A stretch of 64,000 nt of DNA from Candidatus Aminicenantes bacterium (GTDB taxonomy: Bacteria > Acidobacteriota > Aminicenantia > Aminicenantales > Saccharicenantaceae): the NCBI GenBank assembly GCA_034679465.1, contig JAXDAV010000075.1, positions 12,912 to 76,911 on the forward strand. The letters are read 5' to 3'. A program made the position numbers and the translations under genes. Positions 41,845 to 52,735 of the stretch are shown here, piece after piece. Below the pieces are notes generated by a model. The model was not told the origin of the DNA, ran no database searches, and saw only the letters and a program-made list of their open reading frames with translations. Each line of letters opens with the position of its first letter. Position 1 is the stretch's first letter.

Positions 41845-42601
41845 GGCCGACGGTCAGCGCGAGACCGCCGAGATCGAAATCCTCGAACCCGACGAACCAG
41901 TCCTCGAACCGGGCCTTGGCCGAGTGATAGCGGGCTTCGGCCTCGATGGTGGCCCGATAGCCGATCGGGAACGACAACCCTCCGAACGCATGCCAGCCGA
42001 AGGCCGTGCCGCGCTCGCGGGCGTTGAGGCCGACCACCGGAAAGATGTCGACGTCGCCCAGCTCGGGGTCCTCGTAGATCCAGGGATCGGAGAAGTCGAT
42101 CTGCTCGCCGGTCATGCTGACGCTCCAGAAGACGAGGCTGGCGCCGGCGCCGAGGTAGGGGATGAGCCGGGCCCGCCGGCCGAGCGGGAGGAGCTTGAGG
42201 GACAGCTGGAGCGGCGTGTGGCCGACGCGGAACGAGTGGAGGACGTCGTCGCCGTCATAGAGCTCGTAGGGGAAGGCGAAGTCGCCCTCGTCGAGGGCGA
42301 AGACCACCCAGTCGTTGTAATAGCCCGACTCCCTCTTGGCGTACGAGTCCAGGGTCAGGGCCAGGCTCAAGTTCGGACCGAGGAAGTGTTCGTAGCCGAA
42401 ACCGAGCATCCCGCTCCGGAAATCCTTCTTGGCGAAGCTCATCTGGTCGAGCTCGATGGCCCAGAGGCTGTCGGGGTGGGCCAGGAGATCGGTCGAGGCC
42501 CGGGGCATGAAATAGCCGATCCGGAGCTGGAACGAGTCGGAGAAGGCCAGGGACGGGACGAGTAGGAGCAATCCGGCGGCGAGGGCTGTCAGTCTTTTCA
42601 T
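41828..42601 (-). CDS. outer-membrane beta-barrel protein (OmpW/OmpA-like)
   Basis: Signal peptide, PYLGAG, alternating aromatic strands, C-terminal LSYWF. Confidence 0.75.
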   Translation of the reverse strand: MKRLTALAAGLLLLVPSLAFSDSFQLRIGYFMPRASTDLLAHPDSLWAIELDQMSFAKKDFRSGMLGFGYEHFLGPNLSLALTLDSYAKRESGYYNDWVVFALDEGDFAFPYELYDGDDVLHSFRVGHTPLQLSLKLLPLGRRARLIPYLGAGASLVFWSVSMTGEQIDFSDPWIYEDPELGDVDIFPVVGLNARERGTAFGWHAFGGLSFPIGYRATIEAEARYHSAKARFEDWFVGFEDFDLGGLALTVGLSYWF

Positions 42602-42624
42602 TTCGTTCCTCCTGTTCTCCAGAC

Positions 42625-42633
42625 ATTATAGCA
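42625..42633 (-). promoter_or_regulatory. extended -10 promoter for the OMP gene
   Basis: Minus strand reads TGCTATAAT, upstream of the AGGAGG RBS. Confidence 0.5.
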
Positions 42634-42737
42634 AAATCTATGCCAGGTCTTCCCGCCCCCCGCCCAGGGAAGGCGTCCCGAGGGGCCTGTGCCCAAAACA
42701 GGTCAGGTGTCCTCCTGGGGCGGGACGCCCGGCATGT

Positions 42738-42766
42738 TTGACTTTTGGACAGGGGGCGGATACCAT
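42738..42766 (+). promoter_or_regulatory. sigma70 promoter for tsaC
   Basis: TTGACT, 17-nt spacer, TACCAT. Confidence 0.6.
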
Positions 42767-42785
42767 CCCCGAAAGAAGGCCCGCC

Positions 42786-43430
42786 ATGAGCGAAACGCGC
42801 GTCGTCCGGCTGGATCCCGAAGCCGCCAACGCCCTCCCGGATGCCGGCGAGGTCGCCGAAGCCCTGCTCGACGGGGCCGTGGCGGCTTATCCCACAGAGT
42901 CGTTCTACGCCCTCGGGGCGGCGGCTTTTTCGAGGAAGGGCGTGGATCGGGTCTATCGCCTCAAGAAGCGGGAGGCCTCGAAGCCCCTGTCCTTCATCGT
43001 CTCCGACCTGGACATGGTCCGCGAGGTCGCGGCCGCGCTTCCCCCGTCGTTCACGGCCCTGGCCGGCGAGTTCTGGCCCGGCCCGTTGACCCTCGTTATC
43101 CCCGCCGCGCCCGGCCTGCCGGACCGCCTGCTCGGCCCCGGCCGGTCGATCGCCCTCCGCCTCCCGCCTCTCGTCTGGCTCCGGGCCCTGGTCCGGGAGC
43201 TGGGCGAACCCCTGACCGCGACGAGCGCCAACCTTTCCGGAGACAAGGAGCTCAGCGACCCGCGCGAGGTGAGGGCCCAATTCGAAGGCCGGGTCGATCT
43301 CGTCATTGACGGCGGGGCCACGCCCGGCGGCTCGCCCTCGACGATCGTGGATCTGACCGCCGAGCGGCCGCGGATCCTCCGCGAAGGCAGGGTTCCGGCC
43401 GGGCGGATCACGGCCCTCCTCGGCGGCTGA
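42786..43430 (+). CDS. tsaC: L-threonylcarbamoyladenylate synthase (TsaC/YrdC)
   Basis: YPTESFYAL, KKR..SKPL, FWPGPLTL, TSANLSG, STIVD. Confidence 0.92.
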   Translation: MSETRVVRLDPEAANALPDAGEVAEALLDGAVAAYPTESFYALGAAAFSRKGVDRVYRLKKREASKPLSFIVSDLDMVREVAAALPPSFTALAGEFWPGPLTLVIPAAPGLPDRLLGPGRSIALRLPPLVWLRALVRELGEPLTATSANLSGDKELSDPREVRAQFEGRVDLVIDGGATPGGSPSTIVDLTAERPRILREGRVPAGRITALLGG

Positions 43431-43445
43431 AGACCGGGAAAGCTC

Positions 43446-43474
43446 GGGGACACGTGCCGGAGGGGCATGTCCCC
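43446..43474. repeat. GGGGACA/TGTCCCC hairpin between convergent tsaC and metG
   Basis: GGGGACACGTGCC...GGCATGTCCCC; shares the 10-mer GGGGACACGT with position 33086. Confidence 0.55.
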
Positions 43475-43483
43475 CTCACGCGA

Positions 43484-45448
43484 CTATTTGACGACGGCGC
43501 CCGGCGCGATGTCGCGGTCGAAGAAGGGGATGAGGGCCTTGTTATCGGGCGTGATGGCGGCCAGGAGCATGGCCTGGGATTCGATGCCCCGGATGACGGC
43601 CGGCTTGAGGTTGACGATGACGATGAGCTTCTTGCCGACCAGGTCCTCGGGAGCGTAGGTCTCGGCGATCCCGGCGACCATCTGGCGCTGCTCCGCGCCC
43701 AGGTCGATCTTGAGCTTGAGGATCTTGGTCGCGCCGGGGACCCGCTCGGCCTCGGTGATCAGGGCCACCCGCAGGTCCATTTTTCGGAATTCGTCGTAGC
43801 TGATCTGATCCATGGCGATGACTCCCTTCGTCGTCGATTCGGGGCCCGGAGCGGGCGCGGCGGCCGCCGCGCCGGGCTCCTCGCCCAGGAAATCCCTCAA
43901 GGCCACCCTCGGGAAGAGCGCCTGCGGCATCCCGACCTCGCGGCCGGGGCCGAAACCGCCGAAGTCCAGCGTCTCCCAGGCGACCTCGGAGGGCTTCCGC
44001 GCCTCGCCCAGGAAGCCCCAGATCCTCTCGACCGACCGGGGCATCACCGGGAACGCGAGGTAGCTCGCCCCGCGGATCGCGGCCGCGGCCTGGAGAAGGA
44101 CGCGGGCCAGCCGCGGCCTCTTCTCCGGGTCCTTGGCCATGATCCAGGGCTGGTTGTCCGCGAGATACTTGTTGACCAGGCCGATGTAGGCCCAGATCTC
44201 CTCCAGGGCCTTGTTGAGGGCGCAGGCGCCGTAGAGGTCGAAGGCGCGGCCTTTGAGCCGGTCGAAATCCGTCCGCACCTTCGCGTCCTCGGCCGTCTCG
44301 GCCGCGGGGTCCGCGATCGCGCCGCCGAAGTAATTGCCGATCATCGTCAGGGTCCGCTGGACGAGGTTGCCGAAATCGTTGGCCAGGTCGGAGTTGACCC
44401 GGTGGAGGAAGCCCTCGTGGGAGAAGTTGCCGTCCTGGCCGATGGGGATCTCGCGGAGGAGGAAGTAGCGCAGGGGATCCGGCCCGAAGACCTTCAGCAG
44501 GACGTGCGGATCGAGGACGTTGCCCTTGGACTTGGACATCTTGGTGTCGTCCTTGAGCCACCAGCCGTGGCCGTAGACCGTGAGCGGCAGCGGCAGGCCC
44601 GAGGCCATGAGGAAGGCGGGCCAATAGACGGCGTGGAACCTCAGGATGTCCTTTCCGACGAGGTGGACGTCGGCCGGCCAGAACTTCTCGAAGCGCCCCA
44701 TGTCCCAGTCGTAGCCGATGGCCGTGACGTAGTTGTGGAGGGCGTCGAACCAGACGTAGATGGTGTGCTTGGGGTCGCCCGGCACCGGGACGCCCCACTT
44801 GACCGTCGTCCGGGTGATGCTCAGGTCCTTGAGCCCGCCGCGGACGAAGCGGACCACCTCGTTCAGCCGGCTCTGCGGCCGGACGAACTCGGGGCGCTCC
44901 CGGTAGAGCTTCAGGAGCCGGTCCTGATAGGCCGAGAGACGGAAGAAGTAGGTCTCCTCGGAGACGACCGAGGCCTTCTTGCCGCAATCGGGGCAGGTCT
45001 TACAGCCGTCGGGACCGAGGGCCGCGTCGTCCGGCAGGAAGTTCTCGTCGGAGACGCAGTACCAGCCCTTGTATTCGCCTTTGTAGATGTCGCTGCTGTC
45101 GAGGAGCCGCTGGAAGAGCTTTTGGACGCCCTTCTCGTGGAGCTCCATGGTCGTCCGGACGAAAAAATCGTACTCGATGTCCAGGGCCTTCCAGAGGTCC
45201 CGGGCCCGGCCCACGACCGAGTCGGCCAGGGCCTTGGGCGTCAGGCCCTTCTCGGCCGCCGCCCTCTCGATCTTCTGGCCGTGTTCGTCCGTCCCGGTCA
45301 GGAAGAAGACATCCCGGCCGGCCAGCTTGTGGAAGCGGGCCAGGGCGTCGGCGATGATGGTCGTATAGGCGTGCCCGATATGGGGCACGTCGTTGACGTA
45401 GTAGATCGGCGTCGTGACGTAGAACGTCTTTTTAGAGCTCGTTGACAT
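43484..45448 (-). CDS. metG: methionine--tRNA ligase with C-terminal tRNA-binding OB domain
   Basis: [30 protein letters not shown]. Confidence 0.97.
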   Translation of the reverse strand: MSTSSKKTFYVTTPIYYVNDVPHIGHAYTTIIADALARFHKLAGRDVFFLTGTDEHGQKIERAAAEKGLTPKALADSVVGRARDLWKALDIEYDFFVRTTMELHEKGVQKLFQRLLDSSDIYKGEYKGWYCVSDENFLPDDAALGPDGCKTCPDCGKKASVVSEETYFFRLSAYQDRLLKLYRERPEFVRPQSRLNEVVRFVRGGLKDLSITRTTVKWGVPVPGDPKHTIYVWFDALHNYVTAIGYDWDMGRFEKFWPADVHLVGKDILRFHAVYWPAFLMASGLPLPLTVYGHGWWLKDDTKMSKSKGNVLDPHVLLKVFGPDPLRYFLLREIPIGQDGNFSHEGFLHRVNSDLANDFGNLVQRTLTMIGNYFGGAIADPAAETAEDAKVRTDFDRLKGRAFDLYGACALNKALEEIWAYIGLVNKYLADNQPWIMAKDPEKRPRLARVLLQAAAAIRGASYLAFPVMPRSVERIWGFLGEARKPSEVAWETLDFGGFGPGREVGMPQALFPRVALRDFLGEEPGAAAAAPAPGPESTTKGVIAMDQISYDEFRKMDLRVALITEAERVPGATKILKLKIDLGAEQRQMVAGIAETYAPEDLVGKKLIVIVNLKPAVIRGIESQAMLLAAITPDNKALIPFFDRDIAPGAVVK

Positions 45449-46013
45449 TGATGGGTCCTCCCCGGATGAGCATCATGGCCTCGGCCCGCGTCGCCGGGTT
45501 CTTCCGGAACGAGCCGCGGACGGCCGAGGTCACCGTGATCGACTTGGGCTTTTTCGCCCCGCGCATGGACATGCACATGTGCTCGGCCTCGATCACGACC
45601 ATGACGCCCAGGGGCTCGAGGTGCTTGTCGAGCAGGTCGGCGATCTGTTTCGTCAACCGCTCCTGGACCTGGAGCCGCCTGGACAGGGCCTCCACCACCC
45701 GGGCGATCTTGCTCAGGCCGACGATGCGCCCGGATTTCGGAATATAGGCCACATGGGCCACTCCCGCGAAGGGGAGGAGATGGTGCTCGCACATCGAGTA
45801 GAGGGGGATGTTCTTGATGAGGACCATTTCGTCGTGCTTCTCGTCCTCGATCGTCCGGAGGTTCCGAATCGCCTCGCCCTCCGAGCCGCCGAGGATCTCG
45901 GCCAGCATGCGGGCCACGCGCCGGGGGGTGGCCCGGATGCCGGCGCGGCGGGGGTCCTCGCCGACGCCCTCGAGGATGAGGCTGACGCCGCGCTCGATCT
46001 TCTTGGTGTCCAT
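45432..46013 (-). CDS. folE: GTP cyclohydrolase I
   Basis: [38 protein letters not shown]; start ATG 46013. Confidence 0.95.
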   Translation of the reverse strand: MDTKKIERGVSLILEGVGEDPRRAGIRATPRRVARMLAEILGGSEGEAIRNLRTIEDEKHDEMVLIKNIPLYSMCEHHLLPFAGVAHVAYIPKSGRIVGLSKIARVVEALSRRLQVQERLTKQIADLLDKHLEPLGVMVVIEAEHMCMSMRGAKKPKSITVTSAVRGSFRKNPATRAEAMMLIRGGPINVNEL

Positions 46014-46035
46014 CGGGGTCCTTCCGTCCGCGCCG

Positions 46036-47205
46036 CTAGCGCTTCCTGGTGAATTGGCAGACGGCGTGATGGGCGATCTCCTTGAGAGGCCGGCCGGTCT
46101 CGCGCGCCGCCTTGAGCGCGTCCTCGTACTCCGGCTGAACGTTGACAATCCGCCCGTCCAGGGAGGCCAGCTTGAGGCCGACCTTCCGGCCGTGGACGCA
46201 GACGGTCCGGACCTCGCGCTCGAGGACGCGCCGGCCGACGGGATAATACCGGACCCCGATCGAGGTCGTTTCGCGGAACACCGCTTCGATCAGGGCGTCC
46301 AGGCGGGCGGACTCGACGAGGAGCGAGAGCTTTGTGCCCAGGCGGTTCTTCTTCATGACCACGGGGGAGAGAGTGGCGTCCAGGGCGCCTTCCTCGAGGG
46401 CCCGCTCGAGGAAGTGGGCCAGGAGCTGGGGCGTCGCGTCGTCGACCGTGGCCTCGACGATGAAGACGCTTTTCGCCTGGTCGAAGGCGGCGGCGTCGCC
46501 GAGATAGACCCTGAGGAGATTGGGGATCTCGGGGAATTCCTTGGTCCCGGCGCCGCGGCCGATCTTGTCATAGACGAGCTCGGGGAGCTTTGTGAACCGC
46601 TTCGTCAGGGCCGCGACGATGGCCGCGCCCGTCGGCGTCACGAGCTCCGACTCGACCCAGGCGGAATAGACGGGCGCCTTCTTCAGGAGCTCGGCGACCG
46701 CAGGCGGGGGAACGGCCAGCCGGCCGTGCGAAGTGTTGACCCAGCCCGAGCCGACGTTGAGCGGCGAGCAGTAGACCTCCGAGACGCCCAGCTCCTCGAG
46801 GAGAAAGGCCGTCCCGACGATATCGACCAGGGCGTCGTCGGCCCCGGCCTCGTGGAGGTGTGTTTCCCGGAGCTTGCGGCCGTGGACCTTGGCCTCGGCC
46901 TCGAACAGCCGTTTGAAGACGAGGAGGGCCCGGTCCTTGACGGCCGGCTTGAACCGGCTCCTGAGCACGATCCCCTCGATGTCGGCGAAGTCCCGGGCAA
47001 CGTGATCGCGCCGCCGGACCTCGACATCGACCTTGACCGCCGCGAAACCGCCCCGGCGCGTCCGCCGGACGGCGATCCCGACGGGCAGGCGAAGCCCGGC
47101 CATCTTCTCCTTGAACAGGGCCGGGTCGACCCCCAGGTCGAGGAGCGCGCCGAGGCACATGTCTCCGCTCAGTCCCGAGGAGGCGTCGAGATAGACGTAT
47201 CTCAT
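46036..47205 (-). CDS. larC: nickel-pincer cofactor biosynthesis protein LarC
   Basis: [51 protein letters not shown]. Confidence 0.9.
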   Translation of the reverse strand: MRYVYLDASSGLSGDMCLGALLDLGVDPALFKEKMAGLRLPVGIAVRRTRRGGFAAVKVDVEVRRRDHVARDFADIEGIVLRSRFKPAVKDRALLVFKRLFEAEAKVHGRKLRETHLHEAGADDALVDIVGTAFLLEELGVSEVYCSPLNVGSGWVNTSHGRLAVPPPAVAELLKKAPVYSAWVESELVTPTGAAIVAALTKRFTKLPELVYDKIGRGAGTKEFPEIPNLLRVYLGDAAAFDQAKSVFIVEATVDDATPQLLAHFLERALEEGALDATLSPVVMKKNRLGTKLSLLVESARLDALIEAVFRETTSIGVRYYPVGRRVLEREVRTVCVHGRKVGLKLASLDGRIVNVQPEYEDALKAARETGRPLKEIAHHAVCQFTRKR

Positions 47206-47306
47206 GGTTCGCTTAGGATATCGTTTTCGCCGGAAAAATGCAAAATGGAGGACGGCGGGTGTTGACCCGCCCGACCGAAAAAGGTATATGGAATCGAGGA
47301 GGATCC

Positions 47307-48197
47307 ATGGCCGGGACCAAGAAAACGCGGCCGCCTCGGGCGGAGATCGGCATTCTGGGCGGGACCGGGCTCTACGAGATCGACGGCTTCCGGAACACGC
47401 GCGAGGTCCGCCTGGGCACGCCTTTCGGCGCCCCTTCCTGCGCCTATGTCGTCGGCACGCTCGAAGGCCGCCGGGTGGCCTTTTTGGCGCGCCATGGCAA
47501 GGGCCACACGCTCCTCCCGGCCGAGGTCAACTACCGGGCCAACATCTATGGATTCAAGAAGTTGGGCGTCTCGAGCCTGATCTCGGTCAACTCGGTCGGC
47601 TCGCTCCGCGAGGCGATCCGCCCGCGGGACATCGTCCTCCCGGACCAGTTCTTCGACCGGACCCGGCGGCCGAACACGTTCTTCGGCGGCGGGATCGTGG
47701 CCCACGTCAGTCTGGGCCGTCCGGTCTGCCCGTCTCTCGCGCGGACCCTGTATGAAGCGGCCGCCGGGCTGGGGCTCAGGGCCCATCGCGGCGGGACCTA
47801 CGTCTGCATCGACGGCCCGGCCTTCTCGACCAAGGCCGAGTCTCTCGCCTACCGGCTCTGGGCCGGCGATGTCATCGGCATGACCGCCGCGACCGAGGCC
47901 AAGCTCTGCCGCGAGGCCGAGATCTGCTACGCCACCCTGAGCCTGGTCACGGACTACGATGTCTGGCACGAGACCGAGGAGCCGGTGACGGTCGAGCTCG
48001 TCCTCCGGAACCTGTCGGCCAATATCGCCAACGCCAAGGCCGTCATCAAGAAGGCCCTGACGGCGCCGGGGAAGGACGAGGAGCCGGGTTGCGATTGCGG
48101 CTCGGCCCTCGAGAACACGATCGTGACCGCCCCGGCCGCCGTGCCGGCGGCGACGAGGAAGAAGCTGGGGCTCCTCGTCGGCAAGTACCTCGGCTGA
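47307..48197 (+). CDS. mtnP: S-methyl-5'-thioadenosine phosphorylase
   Basis: GILGGTG, ARHG, NYRANI, GPAFSTKAES, GMT, VTDYD; GAGGAGG RBS. Confidence 0.92.
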   Translation: MAGTKKTRPPRAEIGILGGTGLYEIDGFRNTREVRLGTPFGAPSCAYVVGTLEGRRVAFLARHGKGHTLLPAEVNYRANIYGFKKLGVSSLISVNSVGSLREAIRPRDIVLPDQFFDRTRRPNTFFGGGIVAHVSLGRPVCPSLARTLYEAAAGLGLRAHRGGTYVCIDGPAFSTKAESLAYRLWAGDVIGMTAATEAKLCREAEICYATLSLVTDYDVWHETEEPVTVELVLRNLSANIANAKAVIKKALTAPGKDEEPGCDCGSALENTIVTAPAAVPAATRKKLGLLVGKYLG

Positions 48198-48217
48198 GAG
48201 GGCTGAAACACACGCTC

Positions 48218-49126
48218 ATGAGCCTGGTCATCGTCGGTTCTGTCGCCTTCGACACCATCCGGACCCCCTGGGGCGACCGGGAGAAGATCGTCGGCGGCTC
48301 CGGGACGTACTGCTCGCTCGCCGCCAGCTGCTTCACCCGGCCCCGCATCGTCGGCGTCGTCGGCCGGGACTTCCCGAGGAAAACGATCGCCCTGCTCCGT
48401 TCGCGCGGCGTCGATCTGGCCGGCCTCAAGGTCAAGGCGGGCCGGACCTTCCACTGGGAAGGGAAGTACGAGGACGATCCCAACCGCCGGACGACCCTGC
48501 GGACCGAGCTCAACGTCTTCGCCGACTTCCGCCCGGAGATCCCCGCGCCCTATCGCGGCTCGCGCATCGTCTACCTGGCCAACCTCAATCCGGAGCACCA
48601 CGACTTCATCCTGAGGCAGTTCCGCGCCCCGGCCCTGGTGGCCATGGACACGATCCGGCTCTGGATCGACACGAAGCGCGAGGCCCTCCTCAAGGAGCTG
48701 GGGCGGGTCGACATCTATTTCGCCAACGACGAGGAGGCCCGGCTCGTCACCGGGGAGGCCAATCTCATCGCCGCCGGAAAGGCCTTGGTCGGGCTCGGCC
48801 CCTCGCTCGTCGTTCTCAAGAAGGGCGAGCACGGGGCGCTTGTCTTCAGTCGGGATTTCGTCTTCGGCGCCCTGGCCCACCCCTGCGATCATGTCATCGA
48901 TCCGACCGGGGCCGGGGACAGCTTCGCCGGCGGCTTTCTCGGCCACCTCGACGGGGTGCCGGGCCGGGCCGGCCTGGCCGGCCGCGACGTCCGCCGGGCC
49001 GCGGTCTACGGCAGCGTCATGGCCTCGTTCGCGATCGAGGATTTCGGGATCGGCCGGCTCCTGTCGCTCGACCGAGACCTGGTCGAGGCCCGCTTCCGGC
49101 AGTTCCGCAAGATGACGACGTTCTGA
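48218..49126 (+). CDS. PfkB-family carbohydrate/nucleoside kinase
   Basis: GGSG, NDEEA, KKGEHGA, DPTGAGDSFAGG. Confidence 0.9.
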   Translation: MSLVIVGSVAFDTIRTPWGDREKIVGGSGTYCSLAASCFTRPRIVGVVGRDFPRKTIALLRSRGVDLAGLKVKAGRTFHWEGKYEDDPNRRTTLRTELNVFADFRPEIPAPYRGSRIVYLANLNPEHHDFILRQFRAPALVAMDTIRLWIDTKREALLKELGRVDIYFANDEEARLVTGEANLIAAGKALVGLGPSLVVLKKGEHGALVFSRDFVFGALAHPCDHVIDPTGAGDSFAGGFLGHLDGVPGRAGLAGRDVRRAAVYGSVMASFAIEDFGIGRLLSLDRDLVEARFRQFRKMTTF

Positions 49127-49171
49127 GAGCGATCGTCCCGGCCCGGCCGGGCTCAGCGAGGGAGGAATCGA

Positions 49172-50554
49172 ATGCCAGACATCAAGCCGCCCATGGAGCC
49201 TTTCCGCATCAAGACGGTCGAGCCGATCCGCGCCACCTCGCGACGAGAGCGGGAGTCCCTGCTCAAGGCGTCGGGCTTCAACCCGTTCGGCATCCCGGCC
49301 GAGAAGGTCACGATCGACCTCCTGACCGATTCGGGCACGTCGGCCATGAGCGACGACCAGTGGGCCGGGATCATGACCGGCGACGAGTCCTACGCCGGGG
49401 CACGCAGCTTCTTCCGTCTCGAGGAATCCGTCCGGTCGGTCTTCGGCTTCAGTCATGTCATCCCCACCCATCAGGGACGGGCGGCCGAGCGGGTCCTCTT
49501 CGGCTCGATCCTCAAGAAGGGGGACAGCGTCCCGAGCAATATCCATTTCGATACGACCCGGGCCAACATCGAGGTCCTCGAGGCCCGGGCCGAGGACCTG
49601 GCCGCCGCCCCGGCCTACGACCCCGACGCGGACCTGCCCTTCAAAGGCGACATCGACGTCGCCAAGCTCAAAAAGCTCATCGACAAGCGCGGGGCGGACA
49701 AGGTCCCGCTGGTCATGATGACCGTGACCAACAACAGCGGCGGCGGCCAGCCGGTCTCGCTCAAGAACATCAAGGAGACGAGCGAGCTCTGCGCCCACTG
49801 CGGCGTCCCGTTCTTTTTCGACGCCTGCCGCTTCGCCGAGAACGCCTGGTTCATCAAGAAGCGGGAGAACGGCTACGCCAAGAAGAGCGTCCTCGAGATC
49901 GCCCAGGAGATGTTCTCCTACGCGGACGGGGCGACCATGAGCGGCAAGAAGGACGCCCTGGTCAACATCGGCGGCTTCGTCACCCTCGACGACGACGCCC
50001 TGGCCGAGAGGATCAAGAACAACCTCATCATCAGCGAGGGCTTCCCGACCTACGGCGGCCTGGCCGGCCGCGACCTCGAGGCCATGGCCCGGGGCCTGAA
50101 GGAGGCGCTCGACGAGGATTACCTTGAGCACCGGACGGGCCAGGTGGCCTACCTCGGCGGGCTCCTGGCCGCGGCCGGCGTGCCCGTCTTCAAGCCCTTC
50201 GGCGGGCACGCGGTCTATATCCTGGCCGACCGCTTCCTGCCCCACCTCCGCCGGGCCCAGTATCCGGGCTGGGCCCTGACCGTGGCTCTCTACCGCGAAT
50301 ACGGCATCCGGGCCGTCGAGATCGGCGGGGTCATGTTCGGGCAGAAAACGGGCAAGGGGAAGGCCGAGACGTTCCCGGAGCTGGAGCTCGTCCGGCTGGC
50401 CATCCCGCGGCGGGTCTACACGGCCTCACACCTGCGCTACGTCGCCGAGGCGCTCATCGATCTCCACAAGAACCGGGACAAGGTCAAGGGATTGCGGATC
50501 GTCCGGGAGTCCCCGTTCCTGCGGCACTTCACCGCCAGACTGGAGGAGGTCTGA
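49172..50554 (+). CDS. tnaA: tryptophanase
   Basis: DLLTDSGT, HQGR, MSGKKD PLP lysine. HFDTT and LRHFTA match tryptophanase rather than tyrosine phenol-lyase (FTTT / LRFFTA). Confidence 0.85.
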   Translation: MPDIKPPMEPFRIKTVEPIRATSRRERESLLKASGFNPFGIPAEKVTIDLLTDSGTSAMSDDQWAGIMTGDESYAGARSFFRLEESVRSVFGFSHVIPTHQGRAAERVLFGSILKKGDSVPSNIHFDTTRANIEVLEARAEDLAAAPAYDPDADLPFKGDIDVAKLKKLIDKRGADKVPLVMMTVTNNSGGGQPVSLKNIKETSELCAHCGVPFFFDACRFAENAWFIKKRENGYAKKSVLEIAQEMFSYADGATMSGKKDALVNIGGFVTLDDDALAERIKNNLIISEGFPTYGGLAGRDLEAMARGLKEALDEDYLEHRTGQVAYLGGLLAAAGVPVFKPFGGHAVYILADRFLPHLRRAQYPGWALTVALYREYGIRAVEIGGVMFGQKTGKGKAETFPELELVRLAIPRRVYTASHLRYVAEALIDLHKNRDKVKGLRIVRESPFLRHFTARLEEV

Positions 50555-50564
50555 GAGGTCGGCT

Positions 50565-51305
50565 TCAGATCTTGATCCGTTCGGAAGGTTCGACCCGGAG
50601 GTCGAGACTGCCGATGCCGGCGTCGATGTCGACCTCGATCGTGACGGGGCTCTTCCCGTAGGCGTCGTTGATCCAGGCCCCGGACTGCTTGGTCAGGCCG
50701 TGGGCGTTGACCGAGCCGAGCCCGCCGTCGACCTTGACCCGCACCCCGACCTCGGAGGGCAGGGTGAGCTTGCCGCTGCCGATCCCGCCGTCGATCTTGA
50801 CCAGGAAGCCGGCCGCGCGCGGCCCGCGCAGATCGATCTCCGTCTCGCCGACGCCCATATCGATATCGACCCGCTCGATCGTCAGTCCCCGCAGGTCGAT
50901 CTCGCTCCGGCCGGCGCCGAGGTCGATCTTGAGGTCGAGGGGCACCGAATCGCCGAGGGTGAGGTCCCAGCGGTTCCGGGCCGGGCCGAGGCTGACGCCG
51001 TGCCTCCGGGGGTGACGGACCTCCAGGATGCCCTTGTCGCCGAAGAGCCGGTAGTCGACCTCGGGGCGGTTGCGCTCCCGGCTGAACTCGAACGAGGCCT
51101 CGAGCAGGGCCGCCTGGGAGGCGCCCCTGAGCCGCATCTCCCCGGCCCCCATGTTCAGGCGGACCTCGACCCGACCGGCCCCTTCGAGGTCGATCGTGCT
51201 CGTTTCCGTCATCGCATACCGGGAATCCCGGGGCTCGTCGCAGGCGGCGAGAACCCCGATCAGAAAGGGGATCACGAACCCGATCTTTGCGCGCGTCAGA
51301 GACAT
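50565..51305 (-). CDS. toast-rack (DUF2154/LiaG-like) lipoprotein
   Basis: Lipobox LAAC; repeated xGxG beta units (MGAG, LGAG, MGVG, GGIG, GGLG, AGIG). Confidence 0.7.
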   Translation of the reverse strand: MSLTRAKIGFVIPFLIGVLAACDEPRDSRYAMTETSTIDLEGAGRVEVRLNMGAGEMRLRGASQAALLEASFEFSRERNRPEVDYRLFGDKGILEVRHPRRHGVSLGPARNRWDLTLGDSVPLDLKIDLGAGRSEIDLRGLTIERVDIDMGVGETEIDLRGPRAAGFLVKIDGGIGSGKLTLPSEVGVRVKVDGGLGSVNAHGLTKQSGAWINDAYGKSPVTIEVDIDAGIGSLDLRVEPSERIKI

Positions 51306-51442
51306 GGCCGACCTCCGTCCGAGGGAATAGGGAATAAGGCTTTCTCTCACCTATACGGAACGGGCCGGCGCCGGGTTCCCTTCGGGTCCTGGCGGCCCGG
51401 ACGAAGGGCGAGCCCCGTCGCCCGGCCCGCCCCAGGCCCGGT

Positions 51443-52735
51443 TCAGGCGCGCCCGCCGCGGCCGTTCCAGGCGTAGGCGCCGATATCGAGGAAGCCGTGC
51501 CCGCTCAGGTTGAAGAGGATCGACCGCTCGCGGCCGTCCCTCTTGGCGGCCAGGGCCTCGTCGATGGCGACGGAGATCGCGTGGGACGATTCGGGCGCCG
51601 GCAGGATGCCCTCGGTCCTCATGAACAGGACGGCCCGGTCGAAGACGGTCTTCTCGTCGACGGCCCGCGGCTCCACGATGCCGGCGTCGGCGAGGTGGCT
51701 GACGAGAGGCGCCATGCCGTGGTAGCGGAGCCCGCCCGCGTGGAGCGGCGGCGGGACGAACTCCCGGCCCAGCGTGTGCATGTAGAGAAGGGGCGTCAGG
51801 CCGACGCTGTCGCCGGAGTCGTACCGCAGCGCGCCCTTCGTCAGCGAGGGGCAGGCCTCGGGCTCGACGGCGATGAAGCGCGTCCTCCTTTCGCCCCTGA
51901 GGTTGTGCCGGACAAAAGGGAAGGCCAGGCCGGCGAAGTTCGAGCCGCCGCCGACGCAGCCGATGACCGTATCGGGGAAGGCGTCCAGCTCCTCCATCTG
52001 CCTCTCGGCCTCGAGCCCGATGACCGTCTGGTGCATGAGAACGCCGTCGAGGACCGAGCCGAGCGCATACTTGACGCCGGGGGACGTGACCGTGACTTCG
52101 ACCGCTTCGGCGATGGCGATGCCGAGACTGCCGGGGTGATCGGGGTCCCGATCGTAGAATCCGCGGCCGGCCTCCGTCGTCGGGCCGGGGCTTTCGAGGA
52201 CCGCGCCGCCGAACATCTCCATGATGACGCGGCGGCCGGGCTTCTGGCGGAAGCTCGACCGGACCATGAAGATGCGGGTCTCGACGCCGAAACGTGAGCC
52301 GGCGTAGGCGAGAGCCGATCCCCATTGGCCGGCCCCGGTTTCCGTGGCCAGCGTCTTGACGCCGTCCTCGGCGGCCAGATAGGCCTGCATGAGGGCCGTG
52401 TTCGTCTTGTGGCTGCCGACCGGCCCGACGCCTTCGTACTTGTAGAAGATGCGGGCGGGCGTGTCGAGGGCCCTTTGGAGGGCCGTCGCTTCGATGAGGG
52501 GTGTCGGCCGGAAGACCTCGTAAGCCTCGATGACCGGCCCGGGGATGGGGACGTCACGGTCGGTCGCCAATTCCTGGCGGATGAAGCTTTTCGGGAAGAT
52601 GGGTTCGAGGTCCTCGGGCTTGAGGGGGTCTCCGGTCCGGGGATGGAGGGGCGGATTGGGCGGGGAGGGGAGATCGGCCTTGATGTTGTAGAAGGCCCGG
52701 GGCAGGAATTCCTTTTTTCGCGATGCGAAGCGCAT
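51443..52735 (-). CDS. trpB2: TrpB2-type tryptophan synthase beta (stand-alone)
   Basis: YKYEG, GSHKTN, TETGAGQWGS, GSLGIA, GGGSN, HAGGLRYHG, APESSHA; start ATG 52735. Confidence 0.9.
   Translation of the reverse strand: MRFASRKKEFLPRAFYNIKADLPSPPNPPLHPRTGDPLKPEDLEPIFPKSFIRQELATDRDVPIPGPVIEAYEVFRPTPLIEATALQRALDTPARIFYKYEGVGPVGSHKTNTALMQAYLAAEDGVKTLATETGAGQWGSALAYAGSRFGVETRIFMVRSSFRQKPGRRVIMEMFGGAVLESPGPTTEAGRGFYDRDPDHPGSLGIAIAEAVEVTVTSPGVKYALGSVLDGVLMHQTVIGLEAERQMEELDAFPDTVIGCVGGGSNFAGLAFPFVRHNLRGERRTRFIAVEPEACPSLTKGALRYDSGDSVGLTPLLYMHTLGREFVPPPLHAGGLRYHGMAPLVSHLADAGIVEPRAVDEKTVFDRAVLFMRTEGILPAPESSHAISVAIDEALAAKRDGRERSILFNLSGHGFLDIGAYAWNGRGGRA

Noticed and set aside
49127-49171. Possible TnaC leader upstream of tnaA
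   Set aside because: The intergenic gap is only 45 nt and contains no Trp-containing ORF.
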